DNA of 63,325 nucleotides, filler included, from Reticulomyxa filosa (GCA_000512085.1; 24 parts of 24 records of this genome joined end to end with filler, not necessarily neighbours in it); one strand, 5' to 3'; positions 11,650 to 25,740 are shown, counted from the first letter of the whole stretch. The notes: generated from the sequence alone by a model not told the origin. Numbers and translations are program-made.

Positions 11650-14600
11650 TTTTTTTTACATATAGACAGCAAACGAAAAAGGTATACGTTGATGAACCGT
11701 GAAGCCTTAGTGCCTGTGCAGTTAAGAGGTTGGTCATAATCAAATGGATATGGATGGATTGGTTGAAATAATTAGAATAGATATTTCAATGTCTTGGAGA
11801 GTTCACGTATTAATTCGCTTTCGTTTTGCAGTTTAAAACAATTAAAAAAAAAAATCACAAACAAAACATAAAGTTGCTATTAAGATACATTATTTTGTAA
11901 TATACAGACTGTGCGAATTAAACCAAAACTGTTGGCATTTTTGGACACTGGAGCGTAAAATTATATCAAAAATGAAGCCTTCGCATTGCACCAAAATCAT
12001 TTTGCATGGGAGGAATGAGTGTGATGAATCTGCCTTGCAATACCACCAAAGATATATATGTGGCAAAGAGTAATTTGTTGTGGGCTTTGTTTCGAGAACA
12101 CATTTACAATGGACAACAACTGTTCGTTATATCTGCTCGTCACACAAGCGCCGTCATATGCAATCACATATCGAATCATTTTCTCATCCTCCAATCAATC
12201 TTTGTGTTATTTTCCAAATTTTCTATCAATCTCCATTTTGTTGTGAGGCTGACTTTGGACCAAGTTATCCATTGTGCTCAAGCACACAAGTTTATTTAAT
12301 ATCAGTTGATAGAATGTGCCTGCATCGATTAAAGCAAATTACATTTCAAGAATTTTTTCGATAATATCGTGGAAAATGTGTTATCTATTGCCATGAGAGG
12401 CAGAAAAGTTTTTTGGTTTTTGTTTTTTGGTTTGCAGTTATTACTGCACTTGTGCTAACGTGGAGATTTATCACAGCGTGGAATTTAGTATGTTTTTACT
12501 AGATTCGCTGCGACAGTCCCTTCTGCGCTTGCACAAATTCGTTCGATCACGCCTCAGCAATGGTGCCAATCACTCACCATTCATATCTCACTGACAAGAA
12601 TCCCAGCTTTGAGCCAGTGCAAGACCAAACGGTAACTGTCTCAGTATTCTCAACAACACATCATACAATATCTTTCTATGCCTTTGTACTATAGATGTAA
12701 AGATGGTGCATATTGCGAGCTGTCAACGTGTCGTGGTGATTATGGCTGTTAAAAAGTCATCTTGGAGTTTGCCAGTCCGTTGTGTTTTTCCAATTACGTG
12801 GGTTATCTTGCCTGCTGATTAGTTGTGCTAACAGTGAAAAACAAGAGCGAACCTGTCGCACAAATGGCTGTACATATTGAATGCGATAGCACAGTAACAA
12901 AGATCCTGTGTTGCAAGTTAAATGGAACATCATCGAACAGATACGACAAACAACAAAAATAAATCAATTGCGAATTGAATTGAATAGTATCTAGATACAA
13001 TCGCGAACTCAAGGTCCCAATATTGATTATAGTGAGCATATCCGTTAACAGCTGTGAGTGGCGCAGAATTATTGAAGATAAATTGCACCGGCAGATAGCG
13101 ACAAGTTTTCAAGCGTGAAAATGAAGATCTTTATTATCAATGCATATGTAGATGAGTCTTTTGCGAATATATTCATCCAATTGTTCGATTGCAATCACGG
13201 AACAATGCAATGAGTGAATACCACAGTCAAGCGAATGTTATGTACAAAAATTTTTTTTGATTTATTGTCATTCTTTCGCGTATCAAATCACACATTATCA
13301 AAGAATGTAATCTCTTATTTCAATTCGAAGTCACGTCGTGGTCCACATTTTTGTAAAACATTGGTATCAATTTGGATTGGAGTATTAAAAATGTTTCAAA
13401 TGAAATGTCGAAAAGAAGTGCGCAATGCACGGATTTACTACTTGTAATGCAGTCTACAATGCACTATTTTTGCTGCATGCATTTAATTCAATTGCTGCTC
13501 CATTACCATTCCACTTTTTTATCGACGCCAACTGTTGTGATAAATGTATCGAAAGTATATAGATATTGGCTGACCATACTTCTGGACTCACTCCCAATTT
13601 GATGACCGATCATACAACAACGCGCAAAGATTTTGCTTTATTTATTCTGACTAAGCAAGAAATATCAAAGTTGACCAGAAGCTCGAACACGTATTACAGA
13701 AAAAGTCACATTAGATCAAAGGAATACACTAACCAATATTTGCAGCCCGTGGTCTCAATTATCTCATCTCCTGAATATCATTACACATTCTAACATCGCT
13801 TTCAAGACAGGGCACCTCCAACAATGGCGCTGCTCAAATTGACTGCCTCTGAATTTATGTTATCACAATGAAAAAGTCATGATCATATCAACAGTCGTAT
13901 TTCACTCTCAATGTGGATTTATACGTCATTTGTATCATATTGTCAGTGGTTGTAAATATGTATCATCCAAGTCAATGTGAACATGGATCCTTTCGTTGTG
14001 AAGTTATTTCTTTTAGCTTTGGATAGAGAAAAATTAATGAAAGTGGAAGAAAAAAAAAAGAAATGAAACATAAACATAGTCGGACTATTTCAAACAGTAC
14101 GACAACCAACAATGAAGAAAAACGACGACGTGTCAGTACAAAGAAGTATAAATCTATCATGGGAAGCAAGGCATTTGTCGATGTCCACACAGGAGGAGTA
14201 CCAACAGAGTAAATTCCTTGGAGGTGCATACAGATGCTATACATGGAGACGAGGAACACAAGTAGCAATGGAATGTTATGTGTTTGCAGTCAAACACAAC
14301 ATTCGCTTCCAAAATTAATTTTATGAAAATATCCGACTGATTGGATATTGGTTGGGTATTGGTGTTCGTTGTTTTTTCATGTATTCGACATGATATTGTA
14401 TGTGCCTCCGATGTCACATGCCAGATAGATGGAAACATTTCAGCGATGGAAGTTGGTATGACGTCCGTGTTGGCTTGGTGGAAGATATGAAACTTGTGAC
14501 ATGTCACAATTGAATTGGTCAATACAAAATTTGCTCAAAGTCATTAAGTTAGAAAGCATTTGTTTATTTTTTTTTCAAAGTAATTTGAATTAATGTGTTG

Positions 14601-15238
14601 TTTTCTCTCAAGTTACAAGAAAATATTTCACATTTGATTAATGTAAAACGTATAGCATCAAGAAGTAGAAAGAGAGAATAATTACTGTCTGTCAATTTAT
14701 TACGATGAAAGAGATCTGATTGTGTGATCCTCTGTTTAAAATGCATTGGCACACATATTTAATCAATGATCCGCAAAAACAAGAACTTACTCGTACCAGT
14801 GTGGATACAACCAGCGGAAAAAAAAGATTAAGCCATTATTCAAGAATGGAAAAAAAAAGCGTTGGCAAGCACACGAACTTAAAGAATGGACCATTTGAAT
14901 TTAAGTGAAGACATCGCTGTGGCTACGTGTTGTTGATGATGCACGAAATTTGATTTGAAATTGTGCGAGACAGTTCGTTTGTGGCTGTGTGTGCAAGTGT
15001 ACCAAATTGGGATGCCGTCAACTGTGTGCTGAAAATAAAAATTTTCATCCGAACTAATTTAGTTGACCGTCATGTTAAAGTATTTGTTATTACTGAACTT
15101 CTAAAAAAAACTTGTGTTAGAGTTGAAAGTGTATCTCCTTTTTTTTTGTTATTTGATTTAACAATTTTATTAATTTCTTTAATTGTTTGAATTTTTTAAA
15201 ATTTGTTGTACTTTTTGTAATTATATCAATCAATAGAT
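11650..15238 (+). pseudogene. Long degenerate coding region (possibly a multipass membrane protein); 3' part is copy B of the duplication
   Basis: Largely intron-free mixed-composition stretch broken into short ORFs with hydrophobic segments, many stops and frameshifts; 14026-15238 is homologous to 7595-8836. Confidence 0.6.
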
Positions 15239-15518
15239 AATTTTCTTCAACATCATTCACCTTAAAATACAATTCAATTTATAACATAGAACTAAGCGCT
15301 TTAAGTTTTTTCCAAGTCATGCGGAAATGTCTTTGGTGATTAAGTAAAAATTGTTTATATTTATTATTAAAAAATTCAAAATACAAAATTCTTTCTCTGT
15401 TTTGATCATCAACAGAGTAGAAGAGAATTAGATCTAGTCAAATATCTCTTTATACGCCTAAATAAAAGAGTCACTCTTTTCAAAAACCAAAAAAAAATAA
15501 TCGAAAACTGGTAAATAG

Positions 15519-16310
15519 TTACGAAAAAACTGGGGCAAAAGTGGAGAAGTGTATTTGACTGAGCGGCGCCTGGTTGCACACAAATTCCTGTTTGAATTTC
15601 ACTCTTCCATGGGGAGTTTTGAAAACAAGGACTGTTATCACTGTTGACTCTTTCAAATGAAGCAATAGCTGTTTCGGCAATGAACTCTTTATTTTTCTTG
15701 TGTCGCTGTGTGTTTCTTTCTGCCCCTTTGGCACTGTATACGTCTCGTCCATGGATTCATTGTTGATACTATGTGGTAATCAGCTCTGTTTTATATACAT
15801 ATATGCATGTATATTTTTTAAAAAAACCAACTGTTGAATAAAGACATACGTATCATTCCACTCCTTTCTTCTCCTTCATCGCTTTCATTTCCCGTGACAA
15901 GAGTGGGAGAGATACTGGGGCCTGAAGTCAGTTGCACGAGTACTGTGGGACTACGTCATTTCGAAGCACAGTGTACGGCGCAAGAGTGGAGCCAGTCGTC
16001 TCACTAGCCACAGCTGACACGTTGGCAGAGGGGTGTAATGGTTTGTCGACGACGGCAACGACGCGCTCGTCAGTGAAAGACGAGCCAATATGGATTCGTG
16101 GGCAACTGTTGTTGAAAAGACAAGCAACCTTTTTGGTTTCAGCGTAATGTCGTTTTTTGTTGTTGATTCATTGCCCAGCACACGTTGAACGACCATTGCA
16201 CTGTTTTTTTCGGATTGGTACTTGTGCTCGTTGTTGTCACTTGAGTTATTTTGTTCATTTGAAGGTATCACTGATACTCTTGCACTTTCGCACCCATTTG
16301 TATTGGTCAT
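15519..16310 (-). CDS. Hypothetical Ser/Thr-rich protein, multi-exon; may extend upstream to ~17000 in degenerate form
   Basis: ORFs 15951-16310 and 15519-15752 have coding-like composition and are separated by a (TA)-rich intron; no motif recognised. Confidence 0.4.
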
Positions 16311-18724
16311 TCTGATTCACAAATATGTTATTTCATGTGTTGTAATGTGGTTCATGATCACATGCAAATATATACACATATATGTGTATATATAAGTAAA
16401 TGAACGGACGTAACATCAAGATTGGAGTCTCTACGATATTGCAGTCAGTCGATTTTAACAGAACAAGAGACGGTGCAAAACCAAGGCAGTTCGATGGGAA
16501 TCCCTGTGCACACGTCGGTGGCATTTTGAAGTGGGATGAGTTTAATTGGAAATATTTTTATGAAACGCACCACTTGATGATATTGTGACAAGTGAAAAAA
16601 AAAAGGAGAATAATTTCAAAATAATCATACAAAATATTTTATAATTATATATTGTAACTGTAAAAAAAAAACACCTCTTCTTAACTGCGTAGAGTGCTAA
16701 GCAAAAATTCAAATACTCTTGGTCGTTCCAACTGCTGAATATGTACAGTGAGTGATTGTGATTGTGGTTCAATGTAACTGCGCTGTGTCCTACGCTGTAG
16801 ATTTCGTGCGCATTCTCCAATGAAGATATCAGAATCACTGACGGCTTATTACTTGTCGATACACTTTGCCATCCAAAGACGAAACATCGTGCCCACTGCG
16901 CTGGACCTTGCTTTTGAAAGGCCAAACGTCGTCATGCAGCTTTTCTGCTGCATTCAATGGATCAAACACTTTTGTTTTAAGCGGAGATGAGTAAAAGGAA
17001 TGTGTCTCGTTAAACAGTCAAAATCATGGCAAGTGCAATAATTCCATTATTAGATGTATCTGCTAAAGATTTACAACATCAACAGCCCCACTGGAATGTT
17101 TTTCAAGTTATTTAGTACATCGTTTTTCATCGTCAAAATTACTAGCCAAAATAAAATACAAACAAGAGATTCTTATTATTAGTAGTCTTACAAGCTATTG
17201 TACCTGCCATATTATGCAAATAAAAAATAACTACTAGTCCCAATAAAAAGTTTATTCTTAAAATATGAAATAACACTCATTTTTTAATTAATATTTAATG
17301 ATTTATCAAATGAAAAAAGAAATTGGATTGATAAATTAACAGCTAAATTAAAAGTAAATACACAAAATTACACTTGTGAATTTCTATAATTAATTAAAAT
17401 ATATTCAATATTAAATTAAGATCCTAATGAAAGGAAACAAATAGTGTGCATTCTTAATCAGTAATAGAGAATATGTGCTACAAGAAGAATATTTTTACAA
17501 AAAAAAAAAGAGACGCATGGAAAATATTAAAATTGTATCTGATTAGCAAGGAAATGATTGGTTTGTTTATTGATTCAATTACCTTTGGAAAGAATATATC
17601 AAAATTAAGATGAACGAAAATATTAATAAACCAATTCTATCAAAATAAAAAAAAACAAACAACTCGTCGAAAACTATGAAACATTGAATCATTAACTCGA
17701 ATATTTAAAGTTTTTGCATGTATTGACACAAAAACTAAGTCTCAAACATAAATTAATATTTCCTCCNNNNNNNNNNNNNNNNNNNNNNNNNNNNNNNNNN
17801 NNNNNNNNNNTTAATTAATTAANNNNNNNNNNNNNNNNNNNNNNNNNNNNNNNNNNNNNNNNNNNNTTTTTTTTTTTGAAAGGGGACATGATGGGGGGAC
17901 GAAAAAAAAAGAGAACCGAGATACCCAAAAAAAAAATTCTCAAAAACCACTTCTACGTAATTGCACACACTGTCTGTTTTTTTTTAATTATCGTCGTCTT
18001 ACCTATATACTCTGGCACGTGATAATATTTTTTTTATTCTTAGGGCGTGGTAAGAACAAGCAAGGACGCGACGATGGAAATTATCTTTTTCAAATATTTT
18101 CGTTAAGCAACGCCTTGACGTAGAATTCGCAGCTTCTAAAACTGCACTCCAAATCTCCATCAATGCTAAGTGCGCCAGTACTTTCTTTGGCCAATGTTAC
18201 ATTCTGGTTTTGGACCAGAGACCCTTCGACAGACCGAGACTTTGTCCGTTGCTTCCTCTTTTGCTGACGACAGCGTTTCCAAGGCCCTCGTGATTCTTGT
18301 GCTAATGTATTAGTTTTGCTTTGACGTAGCCATAATCGCACTTTCGTCTTGATTGTCATCTTGTCTATTGAAATTATGGGGTAATTAGTTTTTTTTCAAA
18401 AAGACTTGGTACAGCTTTACTTCCTCAAAAGAAAAGAACAAACACCATTGTTAAAAAATAATGTTATTTATGAATTTGTGAGAGTTGTGAAGTATTTGAA
18501 AGATGATAGAACACTTTTATAACTTTTATTCAATTATAAAAATCCACGTATAAAATTGCAAATTTACATACTTGCTTTTCCTTGTTTCACCACGACAATA
18601 TTTCTTATATAATTGTCAGCTACTACAAAATACTTAAAATTCAAGGAGGAGATATAGTCAAAATATTGCATATGTAGTAGTCAAAACAAAACTGGACAAG
18701 GGTCCAAAAGAGAGTGAGCGAAAG

Positions 18725-19820
18725 ATGGGACAAAGGAAAAATAAGTTTTTTTGGAATTGTAATAACATAGGGCTATTTTCAAACATGCCAAGCTCATATA
18801 GAGACATAATATGCTACTTCTGTCTATTTTGGATGGCCGCATCCGTTCTTGGGTATGTTGCAATTACCAGTTTCTTAAAGGAGTGGAACTCAGAAGCAAG
18901 ACGATGGTGGGGCTATGCAAATATTGTATTTGCCTTATTATTGTGCGGATCGATTTTTCATCAATTATATTGCTTAATCAAGAGAAATAGAAGAAAAGGA
19001 ATAGACGACGATCTGGAGGCAAATAACAATTCATCAGTGACTTTGTTTTTTATTTCATTAATTAAAAAAAGTTTGCAAACATTCATACATAAAAACAGTC
19101 ACTGCTTTTAAACGCAAAAAAGCATACAATAGATTCGCCTAGGTATGAATTGGGACTCTCTTTTGTAAGGAAAATAATTTCAAATTTTATTACATTAATA
19201 TACATATGTATATATGTAATATATATATAAATATATAAAATGGTAATGTATGTATGATATAACAGTGAAACACAAAACTTGGTGTCAAAACGTGAAGCAA
19301 ATGGAAGGAATGAGCATATTTCCTATGAAACACAAAACTCCACAAAAAAGAGGTTAAACCACTTGCAAAAACAAATGTTGCTTCTTATGCAGAATATGTT
19401 TGTGTTTGCGTGAATTTAGAAAAATTGGAGTAAAAGTGGTTAGCGACAAAAAGTTAGGTTTGCACATATTTCCGAGCCACTCTATTTTGTTGTTGTTATT
19501 GGATTGTCCTTCCCTTCAATTTTTTTTTTTTTTTCATTCTCCTCCTCTTCCTTCTTATTGATACAATTACAGGGATTCAATTGAATCGAACGAGAAACCG
19601 AAGAAAAGGTAACAGTGTTTATGATTGTCTGCACAAATGGTAAACAAATACTACAGCAATGCAACTGTCTCAATCTTATATCAATATATGTATACATATA
19701 CATATATAAAGGAGTGAGTGCAAAGAGCATGTTGACACCATTGCAAGGTGAGCATATTTGTATGTGCTACGTGCTATGTATCCCATTGACTCTACTTGGA
19801 TATACTCAACAAGCAACATA
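18725..19820 (+). CDS. Hypothetical membrane protein (two TM segments), multi-exon, possibly degenerate
   Basis: Two hydrophobic helices in ORF 18725-19111; downstream exon-like pieces include a Cys/His-rich remnant (EHICMCYVLC). Confidence 0.4.
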
Positions 19821-20317
19821 AACAAACAAATAAAAATAATTGAAATGTGCGAAGAATGAACCAAGAAAAATCCGAATTGGAACAGTTGCAATTCAAAACA
19901 AAACAATCATCAAAACTCGTTTATTTTTTTTTTTGATAATAAAATAAATAACATAAGATTGCATATGTAATGTAATGTATTGTGCGAATTGATTTGACAT
20001 GGAATAGCGAAAATAACACATTGAAAGAGAGTGTGACCAAATTGAAGCAGTTTCAAAAAAACAACAACACATAATGGTATCGATGTTCCATACAACTTTA
20101 CAAAATACTGTCGTTTGTCGGCGGGTGTGTCATATAGGGACAGTGAAGAAACGATGGCCAAATTGGCTCAACTAAACAGGTGTTTTTTTTTTTTGTCATT
20201 TGTGTTGCATTGAATTGNNNNNNNNNNNNNNNNNNNNNNNNNNNNNNNNNNNNNNNNNNNNTTAATTAATTAANNNNNNNNNNNNNNNNNNNNNNNNNNN
20301 NNNNNNNNNNNNNNNNN

Positions 20318-20685
20318 GGTGAATGGATCAAATACAAATCAAAATAGTCCAATCCACTGACCTTCAAGCTGTTGTTTACGGCAGAAATTGTTTTATTATA
20401 TCCGTGATTGTCCGACCACAACTTGTTTGTTACGAATATGTCTTCTCGACTCACTTTTTCGGTATTTTTTTTAAGGTACGATTGAATACCCTCGCCCCCT
20501 TCTTTTTCATTTTCATAAAATATTGCAGTGTCAACGTGTCGATACCCAGCTGCCAAAGCTGCTTGCACCATTTGACTACACGTTTTGCCTTTCAAGAGAT
20601 ACGTTCCGAAACCCAATTGAGGGATTTTTTGACGTGAGTTTAGTTCTACATAGGGACATTTTCCTACTTTCACTGCCTGAGTCAT
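20318..20685 (-). CDS. Aldo-keto reductase, 5' part
   Basis: IPQLGFGTY, AGYRHVDTAIFYENE, REDIFVTNKLW and GLDYFDLYLIH contain the catalytic D, Y, K and H. Confidence 0.96.
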
Positions 20686-20987
20686 GATAATTTGTTTTTT
20701 TTGATGTAGTTTTTTTGGAACCCTAAGCTCGTTGCCAAATGATTTGTGTTTGAATCTGATCCAGCAAAAAAAGACTCTAGATCAATGAAAGCAAGACTTA
20801 TTCTTTTGGAATGACAAAAAAAAGTATTAAATTTAATCTTTTAAAAAATTCTGTCAATTTGTCACAATGAAAGAAGTTCACTGGCTCCTTAGTTTTCAAG
20901 TTACACAACCGTTGAAAAAGTTTGGAAAAAAAGAAAAAAAAACGCAAAATAATGGAGAAAATAATGCTGAAGCAGCATCAGGCCTTT

Positions 20988-21275
20988 TCAATTGTAAAAA
21001 AAAGCACACTTGCATAACACAACAAACAACAAAAAAAGAGTGTCAAAAATGGATGCTTGATTGTTATAACACACATTTGTACCATTTATTTTCATACAAA
21101 AATTTTTTATGGCTCATTTTGTGTGTGCATTGGCTATGTTTTTAATTGTAAACAAAAAAAACACACACTTGCACAACACAAACAAAAAAAAAGTTTAAAA
21201 ATGGAGGCTTTGTTGTTATAACACCAATTTGTACCATTTGTTCTGCGCTCAATATCATTTCTTGTGACAGCTCCA
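20988..21275 (+). repeat. Diverged tandem duplication, ~154-bp period
   Basis: AATTGTAAA..CACACTTGCA.AACAC..AAAAATGGA.GCTT..TTGTTATAACAC..ATTTGTACCATTT occurs at ~20990 and ~21144. Confidence 0.8.
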
Positions 21276-22075
21276 TTTTGATTTTTTCATACCAGTAGAA
21301 AGAGTGATAATAATTGTATCTTACTTTCAATTGGAAAACAAGCAATACATATGAATATAATAAGCAAACATCATTGATGAAAAAATACTTAAAACCAATG
21401 GTACTAATCGGATTGCATTGTACCTTTGATGTAACCGAATTCTGCCATCCAGCCAAGCTATTGATTATTATTTTTGCAGGAAAAAAAATAAAAAAATAAA
21501 ACGAATTTCGACGATAATTTTTCTCTTATAATCTTGATAAGCATCGACAAAAATAATACATTAAATACATGGAATATAAGTAACAATAAGAGGTGAAATC
21601 CAATGCACCTATTTCAATAACGTGAACGCTGTTGTAGGACTAAGTTTGGTCGGAGTGATAAATATGTCAATAGATGGAGCCCAAAATAGTAATGAGTTTT
21701 GTGTAATTGAGGTAATGACATAAATGTATTGTAATGAGCAATTGCTCAGATGTACGACAATATCATCCAAATTTGACAAATTATTAATTGTGATAGGGTA
21801 GCAATCCTAATTCTGCTAATGATGCAAGTGTAAATATGGATTGAGAAAAATTATTTTGCCACATATCAAATATAAATCAAAGAAACAGTTGGTCCAAAGG
21901 AAATTGTCAGTTGTCGTATGAATGTAGAACGCGAAAACACATCAAATTTTACATATTATTAAACTTTCTTTTCAANNNNNNNNNNNNNNNNNNNNNNNNN
22001 NNNNNNNNNNNNNNNNNNNTTAATTAATTAANNNNNNNNNNNNNNNNNNNNNNNNNNNNNNNNNNNNNNNNNNNN

Positions 22076-22140
22076 GAAACAATAAACATTTGCATCGTCC
22101 GAATGTCAACAATGGCAATAGCAATAACAGTAATAATAAC

Positions 22141-22172
<32 letters not shown>

Positions 22173-23057
22173 TAATAATAACAATAACAATAACAATAAC
22201 AATAACAATAATAATAATAGTAATAATAATAATAATAATAATGGGAATAACAATAACAATTTGCTCGCTAAAAATAACGACTTCTTGCTGTACGATATCT
22301 ATGGGAATGTTCGCAAGTCCATCAACGAGATATTGCAATACAAAGACACACCCGAAAAGGAGTGGAAGAACAAACAAAACGCCAAATGGTACTGGGAAAT
22401 CGAACTCGACAAACACGCGAGCAAATACATTCGCTTGCTAAACAAGTCCAAAACCATCAAAAAATTCACTCTGTTCGACACATTATATCCCTTCATTTAC
22501 ATGGCTGGCCACGACAAAATCGGCTCCGAAGACGGCAAATATCGTCCCATCTTCTTCATCGTCGGCACTCGATTGCCTCCTTTCAAAATGATCAATGACG
22601 CTCTGCTGTATCTTATCAAGCACATGCACGCCACGTGCGAGTCCTGCACCGAGTACAGCGTCGTCTATATCCATTCGTGCATGGAGTGCGAAGAGCATCA
22701 ATCCATTGGCCAAGAGTGGCTCTGGAGTTTTAGCCATTGGAACACCTTGTTGCATGTCTGGAAAATTCTGTCCACCCATTTGGGCCAAAAGCTGAACCAT
22801 TGCTATGTCGTACATCCCTCCACCAAGTTAAAGTCCCTCTTTTATTGGCTGAGCACCAGCGATTTTATCATAAAAAGCTCAAATATATCGAATCGCTGCT
22901 CGAGTTTGTCGACTTTGGAATCGATGTCCACAATTTACTCATTCCGGGAAAATGCTGGGAATTTGAACGAGAATTGCATGGGGAACAGTATTTCACCGAA
23001 AGACTGGCACCTGATCCTGTCCTCGACGAGGTCTTAGATGGTCAGTTTTATTCTTGA
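22076..23057 (+). CDS. BCH/CRAL-TRIO_2 (Sec14-like) domain protein, GDAP2/BNIP2/RhoGAP1-type, 3' part; one frameshift
   Basis: Poly-Asn, then IYMAGHD..RPIFFIVG..LLYLIKHM..YSVVYIH..KLNHCYVVHPSTKLK. The domain continues in another frame (FYHKKLKYIESLLEF..LLIP) after a T-run at ~22863. Confidence 0.85.
22107..22260 (+). repeat. (AAT/AAC)n microsatellite encoding poly-Asn
   Basis: About 50 trinucleotide units, seen directly. Confidence 0.95.
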
Positions 23058-24680
23058 TTCCTTTTTTGTTTTCCTTCTTTCCCAATACAATACAATAAAC
23101 AAAATAAATAAATTAAAAAAAAATAAATAAATTTTTTTATTATTCCAATGTCTGACTTTGTCCTTTTTGTTGCTGTTGTTGTTTCGTAAATATCAAATGT
23201 GGACATCTCCCCCCCCCCNNNNNNNNNNNNNNNNNNNNNNNNNNNNNNNNNNNNNNNNNNNNTTAATTAATTAANNNNNNNNNNNNNNNNNNNNNNNNNN
23301 NNNNNNNNNNNNNNNNNNTTATATTTTTTAAAAATTTTTGATTTAGCAAATCAAACAAAAATTATTATTCAATTGCTCATGAAAGGAGAATCATCATTAC
23401 AAATGCATTTTTAATTGTTTTCGTTTTTCCAATTATTTGAAATGAAGGTTTGTTCTTTTTAAATTTTCTTTTCACATCTTTGTCTGATTTAATGATGTTA
23501 TCTTACATTTTCATTTCTAATTTTTTGAATGTCTGTAAATAATTTTTGCAAGAGAAAGATGATTTAATCTCGTATTTGATAACCTATTCAAATCAAAATA
23601 TTTTTAATTACTGAATTTAAACATTGTTAAAAATTTCTACAATTTTTAACATAAAAGTGAATTGAATTCAAAGATAATTTGATTGTTGGTAATTTTTTTC
23701 AAGTCTCTTAAGATGATGCGTCATTAATATGAGCTTTTTTTTTTCTATATATTTATTTAATTTAAAAAATGGCATAGAGTAAAGTGAATACAATTCCATT
23801 CTACAATGTTTTTTGAATTGTAATTATATTCTATTTTTATTGCAATTTGCATACATTTTATTAATTTCTTTGTTAATGCATTGTCACTTCTTTTTCAGAA
23901 ATCCTGTTTTTAGTTTCTTCGTTTTAAAATAACATTTTGACTTAATAATTGGGAAAATCAACAAGTGTGTTTTATCACAATTATAAATAGTTTTGAACAG
24001 ATAATAAATTACATCGATCAGGGAATCAAAAAATAATCAAATGTATCAAATAAATATTAATTATTAATTAAATTTGAAACATCAATGATTAAATGAATCC
24101 AAAATCTATTCTTTTTGTAAATACAATTCATTAAATTATCTAAACATAAATTATTCCTGAGATATTGAATCATTGCAATTTTTTGAATTACTGACTGTCT
24201 ATATTTTAACTCAGGAGGAGATATTGTTCTTGATAATACACCCTGTTATCACTTTAACATTTCCTTGTTTTGAGTATTTTGATGCTGTGCATGCAATGCG
24301 GTTTGATATGTCCTGTGTTGACAGAATTGTCTAATGAGAACATAAGAAACAAGATTCCAAATTGGTTTCTTGTTCAATGCTTTCTATCTAAAACCAGCTG
24401 TAATAATCAAGAAATTGGAATTATTTTAAACAGTCAATGTCTTTGCACAAAAATATAATACAAACGATCGACAGATTGCATATTTTCTTTAGGCAAAGTA
24501 CACCAGATTTTTGAGAGTTAACTTGATGTTTTGCATAATTCATAATTTGCTTATTTTATGGTTTTGGAATAAAAAAAACANNNNNNNNNNNNNNNNNNNN
24601 NNNNNNNNNNNNNNNNNNNNNNNNTTAATTAATTAANNNNNNNNNNNNNNNNNNNNNNNNNNNNNNNNNNNNNNNNNNNN

Positions 24681-25740
24681 ATTATTATTATTATTATTAT
24701 TATTATTATGACTATCATCGATATCACTGTCGTCATGAAGATGCTGATGCTCATGATATTGATGCTGATGAAGAAGAAGAACACCACGAGATTGACGTAA
24801 CATTTCTTCTTTCTTTCGATTAGCGGCACGAGCAATTTCGGTCTCTCCTCGACCAAAGTTGACCTCGGCGATAAAGCACTTTCGGAAATCCAAGGAATTT
24901 TCCGTCAGCGTGCCCGTTTTGTCGCTGAACACGTATTGGATTTGACCTAGATCTTCATTCAATCCGCTGTTTTGTACATTGCAAAACTTGTCCTGCTTGC
25001 CGTGCAGCCGCGTGTACATCTTCATGTCCCACTGCATGAAGAAGGCCTGAAAGTACTTGACCATCTCCATCGACACGAGCAACGATATCGGAATGAACTG
25101 CGCAAAGATGATAAACCACGTGAAGAACTTCAGCGTAGCTCCGCTCGCAACGTCGCTGGACACGTCCAAATACCACGCGCCCGTGTTGCTGTCTTGCCAC
25201 AGTCCGCTCAACACCGCACACAATATACATATCAACAATTGCGCCAGCGCCATGCAATAGATATAGCGGTTCATTTGCTTTTCCACGCTCGAGCGTTTGA
25301 ACAAGTGAATTCTAAAAACATGCAATAATATTAACAATTACATACATGCATATATGTATATATATGTATATAAAATAAATATAGAAAGTGTTTTTGTTAT
25401 TATTATTATTATTTTTTTTTTTTTTAACTTGCGCGATTGATTGTTCATATATATTTTACAATCGAATCCGACATAAACGACGAGCCCATAAATCCAATCT
25501 GAATTTCGTAGTTCGGAGCCTCTGAGAAGCAAGTTGTCTGCAGACAGCGACACGGTTTTGGTTTCAAACGTGCCCGGCCTTGGCTCCTCTTGTTCTTTGC
25601 CCTCTGTCTTTTTTGGTACTTTCAAATCGCCCAGCAGCGCCTCCCATTCGTCCAATTGTCCATTCGGCAAATCCATGCTTAACTTCACGCCGCTCAATCG
25701 ATCTTTCATTTCTCTGAATGTCTTGCTTTTTAATCTTTTT
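24681..25740 (-). CDS. Phospholipid-transporting P4-type ATPase, internal fragment (2 exons)
   Basis: NLLLRGSELRNSDWIYGLVVYVGFDCKIYMN, KRSSVEKQMN, FIPISLLVSMEMVK and LNEDLGQIQYVFSDKTGTLTEN. Confidence 0.97.

Noticed and set aside
11650-15238. KDZ or Mutator transposase identity for the degenerate repeat
   Set aside because: Cys/His patches do not form a convincing catalytic or zinc-finger pattern, and no terminal repeats were found.
18090-18359. Kinesin motor N-terminus (KVRLWLRQ)
   Set aside because: No P-loop or other motor motif is visible; the resemblance is too short.
22020-22441. Poly-Leu and poly-Ile ORFs as membrane proteins
   Set aside because: They are alternative frames of the (AAT)n microsatellite; likewise at 37138-37518 and 40892-41092.
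22855-22880. Programmed frameshift in the BCH-domain gene
   Set aside because: One extra T in a homopolymer restores the frame, and similar errors recur across the window.
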